Shown here piece by piece: positions 36,998-51,784 of a stretch of DNA of 64,000 bases. Source of the DNA: Azolla caroliniana. Its lineage: Eukaryota; Plantae; Polypodiophyta. The DNA is taken from NCBI GenBank assembly GCA_043228905.1, contig JBHGNT010000012.1:19468001-19532000 (forward strand), written 5' to 3'. The position numbers were made by a program, and so were the translations under genes. Position 1 is the first letter of the stretch. Every line of letters starts with the position of its first letter. The notes under the pieces are model-generated. The model saw nothing but the letters and a program-made list of their open reading frames with translations, had not been told where the DNA came from and did not search any database.

Positions 36998-38389
36998 CAA
37001 GGTTGTTAGGTACATTGTCATGTGATTCTTCACACACTATGTAAAATAATAATAATAATAATGAAATAATTATTTTATATTAGCTTAGGAAACTTGTTAT
37101 AGAAAGATGAACGCCTTCAAGAGTTTCCAAAGGCATTTTACTACATATAAAATGGATAACTACATATTAAGTTATGTAACTATTAAACTTAAGAGGATGA
37201 TGGAATACTAGAACTTTAAGATATCCCACATAGATAGGAAACTTTAGGATCCAGCTATATAACGAGATTGAGAACCATTAGTTTTTATCTATGTGTTAAG
37301 AGCACAAAAGGAATGGTTGAACTTGGGCCACTTTGTCTAGATGGATGGATGTGGCTAAGTTGCCGGAATCGGGACCAAAACCAGAACCGGACGGTGATGG
37401 GGACTAGCAACCGACAACCGACGATGGTCATGGAACCGGTGATGGAATTGGAACCGGCTACCGGACGGAGCTGGCAATTGGGAATCTGATATCCTCTGGT
37501 CGGAGGCCCCGGGGTCCTACCTCAAGTTCACGTGTCATTGTCGTATTTCGCGGCAACATTAGGTACGGTACGGATACCATACGTATATAACGTATTAATA
37601 CACGTATAGTACCTCCCAATTTAAAAATACGTGAAATACGTTTTCTTAATATGTTAAATACTTATAAAATACGTATTTTACGTATAGTACGTTAAATACT
37701 TCTAGAATTTGAAAACATTATTTACCTTTATAAAAAATATCTATAATATTGTAAAAACATCTATGTTTACACAATTTTGTGATGTACAATATAGTTCTAC
37801 ATCCTAAAATGCATATAAGAATTTGAACATTTCACATCCTAAAATACTTGTAGTAATATGGATGTCGACATTCCCTTATTCTATAAATCAGTGTGTATCA
37901 CGATGTTCTACTTCAAATTGTAATTATTTACAATTATGCCTTCATAGATTGAGGAATCTTCTACGATTATCACACTCATGATAGGTTTCTCTTTTCTTCG
38001 TTTTCTTCTTCTTCTTCTTCTATCTTCTGCGATTATCACACTTAGAGTTAGGACAGGTTTATGTCTTCTTTTCTCTATTCTTCTTCTTCTTCTTCTTCTT
38101 CTTCATCTTCTTCATCTTCTTCATTGTCATCTCTTCTATTCTTCTTTCTTCCTTCCTTTGGCTTTTTTTTCACAAAAAGCTTTTTTTTCTTTTGGTTTTT
38201 GTTGGGGTTTTGCTTACATTTTCTTTATAAATATGTATTATACCTGTTTTGTTATAAATACATTAAATACCGTTTTGGACAAATGTACATGATATTTGAC
38301 TGAACAACATTGAAGTATAGTATGTACTTTACAAATGATGAGGTACTATATGTATTTAAATGTTAAATACGGGTACTTAAACAACCATG
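36998..38389. mobile_element. Second copy of the hAT-type MITE, inserted in the Copia LTR
   Basis: Same TIRs and body as 26633-27429; imperfect TSD (GGTGTG..CC). Confidence 0.85.
37016..37555. mobile_element. Short solo-LTR-like element with 4-bp TSD (same family as 11963-13329)
   Basis: TGTCA…CGGCA termini; ACAT duplicated. Removal restores the MITE end GGTACATTAGGTACGG. Confidence 0.85.
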
Positions 38390-38535
38390 GGTGTGCCTGT
38401 AAAGGTTATATTTGTAAATAGTCTTGAAGTCATATAAGTATAAATATGACCTAGGGCAATCACCTAAAAGTATGAATATGTTGTTGTTAGTTGTATTATT
38501 GTCCTATTGAGGTATAGAGATACAAAGATAGCGAG

Positions 38536-41500
38536 TATTAGAGATCTAGGTACTAAAGTAAGCTTAAGATAAGGATAAACTAGTGATAGATAGAAACGAG
38601 AAAGAGAAAGAAGGGTGCCGATCCACCCGACCACCCCTAAGCGAAGGTATCGAGATGGACTCGAGCCTCCATCGGCGTCCCATACCACCACCGTGGCGTC
38701 GAGTTGTACCTAGTGCTGGCGCGCTCGCTACAAGAGTTGACCCACCACAAGAGCAAAGTCTCGATGTAGTCAAAAGTTGATTAAATGAGGGTAGCTAGGC
38801 CTCTTATTTATAGCGATACCCAAGGCCCCCAGGCAAGTTCACACTTGACCTAATGGGTTGTCTCAATCCCAAGGATTAAAAGTAATCCTCCCCTTCTTTA
38901 CACTCTCGTTTAACCCTCACACTTATCCACATGTATAGAATACTACGGTAAATTCTCACCATAGGATATTAAATGGTCATGCCCGTAACATTCTCCCCCT
39001 CTTTAAAACATTGCACTCTTGCAATGGAAAGTTAGGGAAATTAGTTCTGAGAGTATTTTCGTGTTCCCATGTGGCATCTTTTATTGATTTATCCATCCAT
39101 TTTATTTTAAATTCTCGGATTTCTTTAGTACGTAATTTTTTTGTTTTAACATCGAGAATTCTTTCTGGTACATGTGGTTTAGAAGATAATTCTTCAGAAG
39201 TAACCAGAGTTTCAATTGTAACTGTATTGTCGCCAGAACCTAGAAGTTCTTTTAGATGACTCACATGGAAGACTGGATGAATTCCAACACCATCGGGAAG
39301 AGCGAGACGATAGGCTGATGACCCAATGCGTTTGAGGATTGTAAAAGGTCCACAAAACCGTGGGGCTAACTTAGCGCACTTACCCGTAGACAATGTCTTA
39401 GAATTGTGAGGTACATGTAAAAATACCTTCTGTCCAGGGTTGAATACACGAGGTTACCTATGATGGTCGGCATAAAAACACACTCTATCTTGAGCTATTT
39501 TTAAATTATCTCGTGCAATATGCAACATATCTTGCATATCCCGAAGAAAGTTTTGCGTACTTCGCAACTCATCAAGATGTATATTAACATCAATCGGGGC
39601 TCGTGGCTGAAAACCATACATCAACATAAAAGGACTATATCCCGTCGATGTATGCTTGGAGCTATTATAAGCAAACTCCAAAATTGGGAGATAACGTTCC
39701 CATTTTGTTAGTTTTGCACCAACGTATGCTCGAAGCATGTCCTCAATAATTTGATTTACTCGTTCTGTCTGTCCATCGGATTGAGGATGATCCGTGGAGC
39801 TCATGCTCAACGTAGTTTCTAACTTCTTAAAGACTTGCGTCCAGAAGTCACTAGTAAACTTTGGATCTCGATCACTCACGATATCCATCGGTAACCCATA
39901 AAAACGAAATAATTCGTCAACGAATTGGTAAGCCAATTCAGGAGCTGTTACCGTGGTTTTAGTAGCAATAAATCTAGCCATTTTAGTTAGTAGATCAACG
40001 ACAACCCAGATGGCATCATGACCTTTTTGGGTGTGAGGAAGGCTAACAATAAAATCCATGGATATACTTTCCCACTTATTATTGGGAATGTCCAAGGGAT
40101 GTAAAAGTCTTGCGGCTTTGTTAACCTAACACTGGTGACATTTAGTCACATAGCTATGTATGTCAGGACGCATCTTAGGCCAATAAAATTGAGTGGAGAT
40201 GAGAACGAGTGTACGATGTATTCCAGGGTGCCCTGTTGAGGGTGCATCATGGCATTAAAAGTGAATCCTCTTTTTGACCTTGGGTAAATCTGGAACACAA
40301 ACCTTCCCATTATGGTAGAGCAAACCGTTAGCAATGTGGAAGTATTCCTTCGAGGATGTGGTGATGTCTGTTCCAGACTCAACTCTTGCCCAGTATTTTG
40401 CAAAATAACTGTCATCAGGATACTTTCCTCGAAGGTGATCATAAAGATCTGATGTATGGAAAATCAAAGTTCTGGATGAGATCAGTCCATCGTGCCTTAC
40501 GCCCTTTCAGGTCTTGTTGGTCACAAAAATATTTCAAAGACTCGTGGTCCGTAGTTACCACAAAGTGATTTCCATAAAGATAATGGCGCCATGTTTTGAG
40601 CGCATGTATAACTGCAAATAATTCCTTTTCTTGAACGGTATACCGACATTGAGTAGAATCAAGTTTCTTACTCTCGAATGCTATTGGTTTACCATCTTGA
40701 TACAAGACAACACCTAGAGCATAATTGCTTGCATCGGTTTCAACCTCAAAAGGTTTTGAAGGATCAAGTAAAAGAAGTGAAGGAGCCTTGCAAACCAGGT
40801 CCTTGAGTTCCTTAAAGGCAAGGTCTAGTGTAGGATTCCACACAATAGGTTTTGTAGACTTACACGTTTGAACTTTTAAAAGATCAGTAAATGGCGTCGT
40901 CAATTGGGAGTAATTACGAAGAGACTTTCGCAAAAACCCGACAAAACCAAGGAATGATCGAACTTCTCGAATATTCCGAAGAGTGGACCAAAGCTTGATT
41001 TTCTCAATGCGAGAAGGATCAATTTCCTGCTAGAGAGGTTCATTAAAGCTTGTGCTGCCTTGGTTCGAGAGGGAGGTTGCAGAAATTGGCCCTTAAAAAC
41101 CGTGACAAAATCTGTCTAGGTATCGGGCAATTTCCCCATAGTACGGAGCCCACACCACTAGGCGACGACCTTACCTCCGAGTTCTCGGCCGACATATGCA
41201 ATCTTCGTAATATCTAGCGTGGGATAGAGCTCAAAATGAGACTCCCATCGTCCCAGCCATGTGCAGATTGCTTCTTCGGTTCTTTCCTTTTTGTCTCCCG
41301 TAAATGGCTTAACGACAAATGATTGTTCACCTTGTCGCTCATCAGGTCTATTAGTCTCACATTGTAGACTAATGACACGTGCCTCAAGAGCACTCTGAGA
41401 TTGCCGGAGTTCGGTCATCTGTTGAGCGGTGAAACTAAGGTATTGGGTTATTTGTGCCAAATACATCTCAGTGGACATTTGTCCAGGAGGATTCCCTTGA

Positions 41501-44319
41501 GTTCCTTCCGCTTGAGCGGATGACATTGGGTCGTTAATTTGAGCCATTAAAGATTATTTCTGGAAAAGAAATAGGATAAGGTCAGAGATATAGTCATAAA
41601 ATCATGTCGTGATGTAAACATATCATGGGCGAGCATTAATCGATATCATTATCTCACGTCAATACCCCTCTAGACGTATGAGATGAGGTTCAAGATCAGG
41701 TTACTATGGTAACACAAAGGTGTTTTAAAAACCATGGGGGTGACAAATAAATGTCTTTCCCTGATCTCTATATCAATTTTTTCATGGTGGCTCCCCGAGG
41801 CTCAACCATGTATGTTCGCGTCATGAATAGTTTATACACGAAAAAAATGTTAACAATAAACTATGTTTCGGTGCCCACATATGTGGTTTCGGCTCTTTAA
41901 GTCCTATTATGAGGACCCCGAGGTGCACTTAGACCTTAAGTCTAAACATGTCTTATAGTCATATGTATCAAGGATGTTGTATGGTCTTGGTCATATTTGA
42001 ACTCGAGACCTCGAGAACAAATACATTAAACACTTGAGCCAACCAAGTAAGTTGCTCTTCTCCAATGCTTAATGTTTGATGCGTATAAAAGATATGCGAG
42101 GCATTTGATCATATATGTTTTTTTTAAAAGAACATATATTTCAAAGGTCCTTATTTCGCCCTCATTTACCAAAACTATGTTGGTACGTTACCTAACCTCA
42201 AGTCTTGTAATTACGATGGCATACGCCAAATTGCAACCTAATGGTCAAGCCAAATGAGCCTTTGTTTCGTAGTAGGCCCACGTGGCCCATCACATGGTCA
42301 CGTCATTACAAATGCCTCTCGTAAGAACGAGCTCATGGTGGCATCGTATCCATGTAACGAGGGAGGGATGTTGGATACGTGTGTCATTGGAGCGACCTCA
42401 CTTGAAGTGGGTCAAGCCCTACATACTCAACATCATTATGGCTATAGGCGTTTCTTTACGTTGTCGCGTTGTTACGCGCGTACGTGTAGAAAGGGGCGGG
42501 ACCACGGGGGTCTTGGACCGAGGAGCGAGAGAGAGAGAGAGATTCTCCGACACGTAGGAGCGAGAAAGAGAGAAACAGAACGCAACACTTAATTATAATG
42601 ACAGAGATTACAAACTCCGACGGTTACAACCGACAAAGCGGCGACGGGCCTGACACGGGGACCCTACTCACGCACACCGACGACAGTCACCGACTCAAGG
42701 AAACAAAGGGGAAGGGGAGCGACTCTGCTGGAAGCGCACGGGCTGTCCACGAAGCAGAGGCAGCGACCTCCCGACACCCGCAGGGAGCGACGATTCGAGT
42801 CGTAGAGAGAGCTCTATCTTCCGTTCTGCAGCAACCTCCCTCCTTCCCCTCGTGCGCGATGCCCCCTCTTCTCTTGTCAAGTCCCCTTTCTATTCCCTGT
42901 CGTCCCATCCCCCTAACAGAGCTACGCACAATCCCCTGATAAATGCGTGCCGCCTCGTATTTCACCCACCGATCCGTTTATGAATCGGGTATAAAATATC
43001 AAGTTACGCGTTCATCCGTGCAAGAGCCGGTTCACGCGCCTTTCTCTCTGAATCCACCTATGGCTGATTTTCTTCACGACAACGTAACGAAATCAAGGTC
43101 ATCAACGGGGTTGTCAACAATAAAAAATTGTTGAAAAAGGGATGGTGACAACGCCATTCTCACAAAAATGTGAGGACGGCCACCAACATCCTTTTCCCAA
43201 CAAGGACAACTTTCGATATAATCACGTAATAACGAATATACACATATGTTTACTTATTACATATAAACGATCAAATACGTATATACGTGACCACATAGGC
43301 CTATATTAACATATCGTTATATTAAATAGCCACAAATGATGTGATCGAGATACGTAATCGAGGTATATACCTCTACGCACACGAAACATCCACAAATAAG
43401 AGATCATCGTAATACGCAATTGAGATATTGACCTCTTACGCATACGAGACCAAACGTATATCCTTTACAACAAATCAAAGTATTAAACTCATACGCAAAC
43501 ATAACATATGTTCGTGAACGTAATACGTAATTGAGGTATTAACCTCGTACACATATGACACTCATCACATATTATTTATATGTCAAACAAGGTATTGACC
43601 TCGTGCACATATGTAAACATTTTAGATAATCAATTAAAGACTACTACAACATCATTGACTTAATGAAAAAAATGACATATAAACTAAACACATGATTACA
43701 TGGGAGAAGAGAGAATAGAAAAAAATAATTACAGAAAGAGTTACTGAAGTTCTTTGTTGATCGTTTGTTGTCTGGATCAAGGCCGACCGCACATCGATCG
43801 ATCACGATCAATCAAAAGACAAAAGACAAACAAAGAAACATTAGTACATAGCTTTGAAACCAAATATTAGAGATCTAGGTACTAAAGTAAGCTTAAGATA
43901 AGGATAAACTAGTGATAGATAGAAAGGAGAAAGAGAAAGAAGGGTGCCGATCCACCCGACCACCCCCGAGCGAAGGGATCGAGACGGACTCGAGCCTCCA
44001 TCGGCGTCCCATACCACCGCCGTGGCGTCGAGTCGTACCTGGTGTTGGCGCACTCGCTACAAGAGTTGACCCACCACAAGAGCAGAGTCTCGATGTAGTC
44101 AAAAGTTGATCAAATGAGGGTAGCTAGGCCTCTTATTTATAGCGATACCCAGGGCCCCCAGGCAAGTTCACACTTGACCTAATGGGTTGTCTCAATCCCA
44201 AGGATTAAAAGTAATCCTCCCCTTCTTTACACTCTCGTTTAACCCTCACACTTATCCACGTGTATAGAATACTACGGTAAATTCTCACCATGGGATATTA
44301 AATGGTCATGCCCGTAACA
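38536..44319 (-). mobile_element. Ty3/Gypsy chromovirus, internally deleted
   Basis: 455-bp LTRs 38536-38990 and 43865-44319; TSD GCGAG; PPT at 38993-39004; degenerate iMet-like PBS. gag 41158-41547, RNase H 40439-40933, integrase 39454-40442, chromodomain 38977-39393. Confidence 0.93.
38977..40933 (-). pseudogene. pol: Gypsy pol remnant (RT end, RNase H, integrase, GPF motif, chromodomain)
   Basis: ETDASNYALG, SMDFIVSLP…SDRDPKF…DGQTER, PERILD…FKIKW…ATWE; frameshifted. Confidence 0.9.
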
Positions 44320-45216
44320 GCGAGCGAGAGAGAGGGAAGAGAAGCTGAATCAGTTTCTGTTGTAATCGCCAGATGGCGAAGATACAAAGCTCGAGGTTGT
44401 TGCCTCCGAGTCTCATATTGTACCCCCTCTTCTTGTAGTGATAGTTGGAGACTATGGGCTCCCGTGGTTTAACCCTATTAGGTTTTTGCACGAAAACATT
44501 TTGTGTCATCTCTTCGGTGTAAGTGTACGAACCTCATTAAGCATGAGCCTGTACAACAACTTTAATGAAGAAAGTAAGGCGCATGTTCTCTGGAAGAAAA
44601 TCGGTACAATGTTGGAGTGCAAAAGTGCCGTAAATTGGGTTTCCGTATTCCGGAAGTCAGTGAGACTCCGATACCAAGATGGATCCAGCATGGCGGAGGA
44701 CATGAATGCATTCCAGGGGCTCATAAATCAAACAACCTCGCTGGAAGTACCTCTAGCTGACAAAGTACTTGCGACGCTATTTGTCACTTTGGGCAACGTT
44801 GGGTCGGAAGGAAAGCAGTTGCCCCTACCAAGAGTAAAATCAAGCTTGCTGGAAGGACCGGGAGTCCGGAGCCGATCGGAAGGCCTTGGTTACAAAAGAT
44901 GACCGTAACCGAGGAAGAGGCTGAAATCAGAGTCCCCAAAACCGGGACAAGTCGGGGACAAGGTCAAAGTCAAGGGGGAGGCCTACTTGCGTCTACTATG
45001 GGAAGCCGGGGCACTTCCAAAAGAATTGTCGGCACTTTCAGAAAGAGAAAGGGGACGACACCACCGGTTCGAAGAAGAGTTCAGACATAAATGGTACGGA
45101 CCAGAGAGGTTCGAATCGGAAAGGAATGTCGGTGCTCGCGACAAGTGAAGAAGAATTGTTGCTCATCACCGAGGAGAATGAGTTAAACCTTGTTGGTGAT
45201 GAGACAACGTGGGTTG

Positions 45217-48200
45217 TGTTGGAATCACCATCTTCTTATGCGGAACAAGATCGTCACTCTTCTTCTATAAGCTCCTATAAGATCGTCAGTGGATAAATGA
45301 TCGTAACATCTATAGTAGCAAAGACAAACAATACAACTAGTACGCCAAAGACAGAGAGATAGTTGAGCACAATGTAAAGAATATATTACGAGTTTTACAA
45401 TAGCCACTTTCTACAACTTAAAGCAACAATCCTTAACTAGGTTAAATCAGTCAGTTTATATATTGATTGACTTAGGGAAACTGACCTTCTCACTATTTTC
45501 ATAAATAGCCTAAGACTAGTGTGTACAAGAGGAGATGGTGTGAATACGTCCATTAAAAGCCTATATTCAACACTCCCCCGTAATGGGTGTATACATCTGA
45601 AATCTGTAGACTGAAATGAATGTACAATACAAGTTGATACAAGGTTTACGAACAATCGAGAATTCGTTCGAGTCGGTGAACTCCGAGGATCAGAAGGCCG
45701 AATTGGCCGAGTTTGGAGAGACTGAAGCCAAAGTTCGAACTATCCAGGTTTATTGTCCGAGAAACGTTCTGAGTGTCTGATTTAATTGGACTGATTCTTC
45801 ATTACGCCCATTCGATGCCGAAGGAATAGAAATCGATCCGCTGAGAGGCACTTGGTTAGTGTGTCCGCGACATTATCGGTTGTCGATATTTTCTCTGGAC
45901 CGATTTTCCCTGTAATGACGCAATCCCGAACGAAATGATATCGAACGTCGAATTGCTTGGAGGCGTTGTGATGAACCGAATTTTTTGATAGAGCAACAAC
46001 ACCCTGACTATCACTGTACACAATTGGAGCCGAGCCGATTTTGGCTTCTCGAAACGTGCATGCTAGCCGACCGGGCCATAAGGCCTCTTTCGTTGCATCG
46101 AATGCGGTTACGTATTCGGCCTCGGTCATTGATGTGGCGGTGCACTCTTGAAGTTTCGATTTCCATGAGATGGCTCCATTACCGAATTTGAAACAATATC
46201 CGGTTGTCGATTTACGGCTGTCTATGCAGCCCTCAAAGTCAGAGTCGGTACATCCGACTACGCCTAAGATGTCGTTCGGGCTGAATAGGATACCAAGGTC
46301 TTTTGTGCCCACCAGGTATTTGAACACATGCTTGACTGCGTTCCAGTGCGATCGGCTGGGATTATGCATGAATCTGTTGACGGCTCCAACGACGTGAGCG
46401 TTATTAGGCCGTGTCGCAACCATCACGTACATTAGGGAGCCAACCACCAGTGCATACGGTACTGACTTCATAATTTCCCACTCTGGATCGGATGTCGGGT
46501 AGTCTCACTGAGATAGCCGAGTATGAGTAGGGAACGGGGTAGAGGCAAATTTCGTCGATTGCATATTGAAGCGTTCGAGGACACGTCCAATGTAGTCGGT
46601 TTGGGACAGAAACAATTGTCGTTGATTACAATTCCGACTTATCTGCATACGAAGAATGTGTCGTGCTAGACTGAGATCCTTCATGGCAAACTTCGACCGC
46701 AGTTGTCAAATGAGTTCGGCTAGTTCGCCAACATGGCGTCCTGAGATTAGCATGTCATCTATGTAGATGATGAGGAAGATTGGTGTTCCATCTTGAGTTG
46801 TTTTCGTGAAGAGACAATGGTCCTCATCACTCTTTGAGAAGCCGATCGATTGGATGAAGTCGTCGAACTTCTTGTACCACTGTCGTGGCACCTGTTTCAG
46901 GCCGTAAAGACTCTTCCTGAGTCGGCAAACTAGATGTTCTTGGCTGGGTGCCACAAAGCCTTTCGGCTGATCCATATCAATTTCCTCCTCAAGATCACCG
47001 TGGAGGAAAGCTGTTTTGACATCTAGCTGAATCAACTCCAAATTCTCGGTTGCCACTACGCCAAGAATAAAGCGAAGGGTGGTCATTTTCACCATTGGTG
47101 AAACAATTTCGTAGAAATCGACGCCATGTTCCTGTCGAAAACCCTTTGCTACTAATCTGGCTTTGAATTTTGGGTTGGCCGAATCAAACGTCTCCTTAAT
47201 TCGATAGATCCACTAACACGGAAGAGCATGTCGATTTTTTGGTAATTCGACCATGTCCCAAGTCTTGTTTGCGTGAATGGTGTTCATTTTGGACTCCATT
47301 GCCAGGTGCTAGGTGGCCGAATCGGCGGACGCTGATGCTTCTTTGTATGACGTCAGTTCTCCGGTGTCTGTAAAGAAGATACCAAGAGAGTATCTCTCCA
47401 GAAGTTGCGATAGTCTCTTAGATCTTCGAGGTATGACTGGACTAGTCGCATCGGGTGTCGTGGTCGGATGGTGTAAAGCCGAATCGTTCGGTTGTGCCGA
47501 GTCGGGATTCTCCGTGTCGGTGTTTGAAGGTTCAGCTACCCGTGAAGCTGACTATGTGTTGTGCACTAGGCCTTCGTGAAGGGTCAGCACATCAGAAAAA
47601 ATTACCCTTCATACTTCAATCGGATTTTTGACCGATTCATGCATGGCCGACTCATTGAACACGACGTCCGAACTTCAGATGATCTATTTGTGTTCGGGGT
47701 CCTAGAGTCGATATCCCATTTCACCATCTAGTCCATAACCGAGGAAAGTACATTTCTGGGACCGTGGTGCAAGTTTGCAACGATCATCTTTCGGGATGAG
47801 GGCATACGCCTCAGATCCGAAAATCCTCAACTTGTCGTAATTCGGCTTACTGCTGGTCCGTAATTCCTGAGGTATCTGAAGTGCTAGAGGCCTACTCGGT
47901 GACATATTGATTATGTGTACTACCATAAGTAGGGCCTCTACCAAGAAGCCATTCGACAGTCCGGAGTGTTGGAGCATGGAAACTATCTGTTCTTGAATTG
48001 TTCGATTCATTCACTCGGCTATTCCATTCTACTTCGAACTATAAGGTGCTGTAAACACACGTTGTATGCCGCATTTTTAGCAAAATTTGACGAATTCCTC
48101 TAATTTGAACTCTCCCCCGTTATCCAACTAAAAACATTTCAGTTTTCGGCCAGAATGATTCTCAACCATGGTGAGCCAATTGGAAAAGATCGAGAAGACA

Positions 48201-50775
48201 CGATCTTTGGTTTTGATTGCATAAGCCCACACCTTCCGAGTCGAGTCATCAATGAAGTTGACGAAATACAGAGTTCCGTCGAGGGATTGATGTGGCATGG
48301 AACCACATACGTCTGAGTGGACCAGATCGAGCGGACTCGATTCTCTCGGGGCTGATGAAGGGTGTGTTACGGCTATATCTGGTTGCCATATTGGCAATGC
48401 TCGCAGAACTGGTGATCTGAGAAGGAGAGTTTCGGAATGTATCCGACTCTAGATAAGTGCGTGATGCCGGCTTTGCTGAGGTGTCCAAGTCGTCTGTGCC
48501 AGAGTGATGATAGGGGAATGTCACCAAGACCAAGTCACCCTCTCTATGAGATGTATAACGGGTACATCAAGTGTACTTTCAGTCCTCGCGCAAGTAGGAA
48601 GTTCCCCCTGTGGAGTGTCCACCTTCCTGATGAGAAGCCGGCATGGATGCCATCTTTGTCCAACTGTCCGACTGAGATCAGTGGTCGTGAGAGCTTAGGT
48701 ACGTGTCAGACATTACGTAGTACTAATGTAAAGTCACCTGCAAGGTTGAGCTCTACCGTGCCGATTCCAATTATGTCGCAATGTTGAGAATTTCCTACCC
48801 GAACTGAGTCGAAATGTTGAGCCATGTATTACCGAAATTGGGATTGATGAGGAGTCACATGAAAAGACACTTTAGTTGTGAGTAGAACTTCTTATTCGAT
48901 TGGGTTCTCAATTGATAGTATATTCGGGTTGTTTATCAATACTTCGGCTGAAGAGCCATTGTAGTTGATCTCCTCGTGTCGGCCATTCTTTTTGGCCTTG
49001 AGTGCACGGCAATCGGCTTTGATGTGTCCGGGTTTCTTGCAGTAGTTGTAGACTTGATTATCCTATGACTTGCTCCGACTTCGTTGATTGTTCAGCTGTC
49101 GTGAAGAATCTATTCCACGGTTGTTCAATTGGTCGGTCAAACCTTTTACGTAGTTAGCAAACGATTCTCTCCGAACCACTTCCGTCAAAATTGCACTCGT
49201 GACTAAGGAGTACTTGACGGCACCTGTCGATGCATTGCACACGGTTGTAACGAAAGTTTCCCACGAAGGAGGGAGACTACTCATGAGCAACATTGCTTTT
49301 AGTTCATCCTCTATAATTGTCCCTTGGGCCAAATTTTGGGAGCTTAAGCTTTCGTACTTGTTCAGGTGTGCCTAGACCGAGTCACACTCTTTCATCCAAA
49401 GGTTATAAAGGCACCGAATCAGGTATATCTTAGTGGCAACGACCTTCTTTTCATAAGTGTCCGAAAGTGTCTTCCATAGTTAGAAGGCAGTCAAGCACGA
49501 TTGCACCGTGTAGTACACAGACTCCAATAGGTGCATTCAAATGGTGGCAAAGATGATTCTCTCAAGCTTTTCCCATTCAAGCGACTTGTATCCTTCTGGA
49601 GGGTCTTCATTTTCAATGGGGTCAATTTGTCCGTTGACTATTAAATAGTCATGTATCTGCTCCTTCCAGAAGTTGAAGTTCGATCCATCGAACTTCCTTA
49701 GACTCATCTCTGACAAGCCGAATGTTGAAGCCATTTGTGTTGGTATAATAGACTTTGTCTGGAGTTAGCTACGAATTGTGATGGAGTGCAGCAGCTTGGC
49801 TCACTCGATGCTTTCTAGCCAAAGTTGGGCACAAGTCGTATTGATTACGAATATCGATGAATCCTGTTCGGAGTGACTACTGTCGACTGACTTAGTCGAG
49901 TTGAACCCGAATTTGATTGTCCGATTTCAAGTGTTGATTTTCCGAGATTTCCCAACACGAGTTATGTGCGATTTTCTAAGCCGATCCTATTTCGGGTAAT
50001 TGCAACGATGAGAGGGATGAAGCCTATTGGTCCTCCCGAATGTCATTCAACCGAATGAAACACAGATTGGGTTTGCTCCTGGAGTCGTGTTTGCTTCGAG
50101 TGGTTACGACAAGTGAGGAGATAGCGTCAGATGACCTCCTCGATTTCTGCCTAACCGAGTGAGGCACAGATGTGGCCTAATAAAGAGAAGGGCCTCACTA
50201 CGAGCGACGACAACCACGGGGTCAAAGTACAGTCGACTGACTTACTTCAAGGGTGATTTCGAACAGTGAAATGCAGACCTTCAATTGTCTCTCTTTGTCA
50301 AATGTAATTTCAGGAGGAGTTGCCAATCGAGATCTTCAAGGTGTACAAGAGAAGAGTTGCCAATGGAGGTTAGATAGATGGCGGCAGCAGAATCAAACAA
50401 TACCAAGCTCTAATACCAGATGTTGGAATCGTCATCTTCTTATGCGGAACAAGATCGACACTCTTCTTCTATAAGCTCCTATAATATCGTCAATGGATAA
50501 ATGATCGTAGCATCTATAGCAGCAAAGAAAAACAATACAACTAGTATGCCAAAGAGAGAGAGACAGTGAGCACAATGTAAAGAATATATTATGACTTTTA
50601 CAACAACCACTTTTTACAACTTAAAGCAACAACCCTTCACTAGGTTAAGTTAGTCAGTTTATATACTGACTAACTTAGGGCAACTGCCCTTCTCACTATT
50701 TTCATAAATAGCCTAAGCCTAGTGTGTACAAGAGGAGATGGTGTGAATATGTCCATTAGAAGCCCGTATTCAACA
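45217..50775 (-). mobile_element. Degenerate full-length Copia related to element B
   Basis: LTRs 45217-45572 and 50421-50775 (clearly diverged); TSD GGTTG; PBS TGGTATTAGAGC; PPT at 45573-45580. Broken gag-pol ~49734-45782 is homologous to 5885-9250. Confidence 0.93.
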
Positions 50776-51784
50776 GGTTGCCGATTCCAGAGCATCGTTC
50801 CACCTGACACCAGACTGGAAATGCTTCTCATCCTACACAACTGGAGATCACGACTATGTCTGGATGGGGAATGAAGGCACATGCCGAATTGTCGGCATAG
50901 GAGTTGTGTTGTTGATGACATCAACCAGATGCAAGTTGCTGCTGAAGGATGTCTGACATGTTCCAGAGGTTCAATTGAACCTAATATCAGCCGTTCAGAT
51001 GGATGATGAAGGCTACACGGGTAGCATCCAGAACGGAGTCATGAAGTTCAGCAGAGGGAGCTTCATTGTGGCTCGAGCTCGGAAGATCAACACATTGTAC
51101 CTGATGCATGTCTGGTTATGCCGGGAAGAAGTGAATGTAACGTATGACACTGCCAATGAGTTGTGGCACAAGAGATTGTGCCATATGAGCTAGAAGGGGA
51201 TGAGAAGACTAGCCAAAGATAACCTCCTTTTGGAGGTGAAAGACATGCATCTTGAGAAGTACACCAATTGCTTGGCTGGCAAGCAAAATAGAACCTTCTT
51301 CCGATGTGTGTCAAGTGGACACAAAGTCACATGCCGGATCGTAGTACTTCGTGACATTCATAGACGACCATAGCCGGAAGTTGTGGGTCTCACCATTGAA
51401 AATGAACGACCAAGTACTCTCCGTCTTCAAGGATTTCCACGCGAGAGTGGAAAGGGAAACATGCCGGAAGCTAAAGGCGGTCCGAGCAGATAACGACGGC
51501 GAATACCGGGGCCAGTTCGAGGAGTACTACCGGTCGAAGGGAATCCAGCTTGAATTCACTGTGCCGAAGACGCCGGAACTGAACATGTTGGCCGAAAGGA
51601 TGAACTAGACCATAATTGAGAGAGCCCGAACCATGCTTGCACATGCTAAGTTACCCAAGACGTTTTGGGCTTAGGCACTGATGACGGTGACCTATGTGAT
51701 AACAGATCACCCTCAGCACCCTTGGACGGAGACACACCGCAGAGAGCATGGACCGGTAAAGATGTATCTTACCGGCATCTGAAG

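Noticed and set aside
42254-43134. Antisense ORFs in the chromovirus leader as a possible extra gene
   Set aside because: Short, with no recognisable domain; expected by chance in GC-rich sequence.
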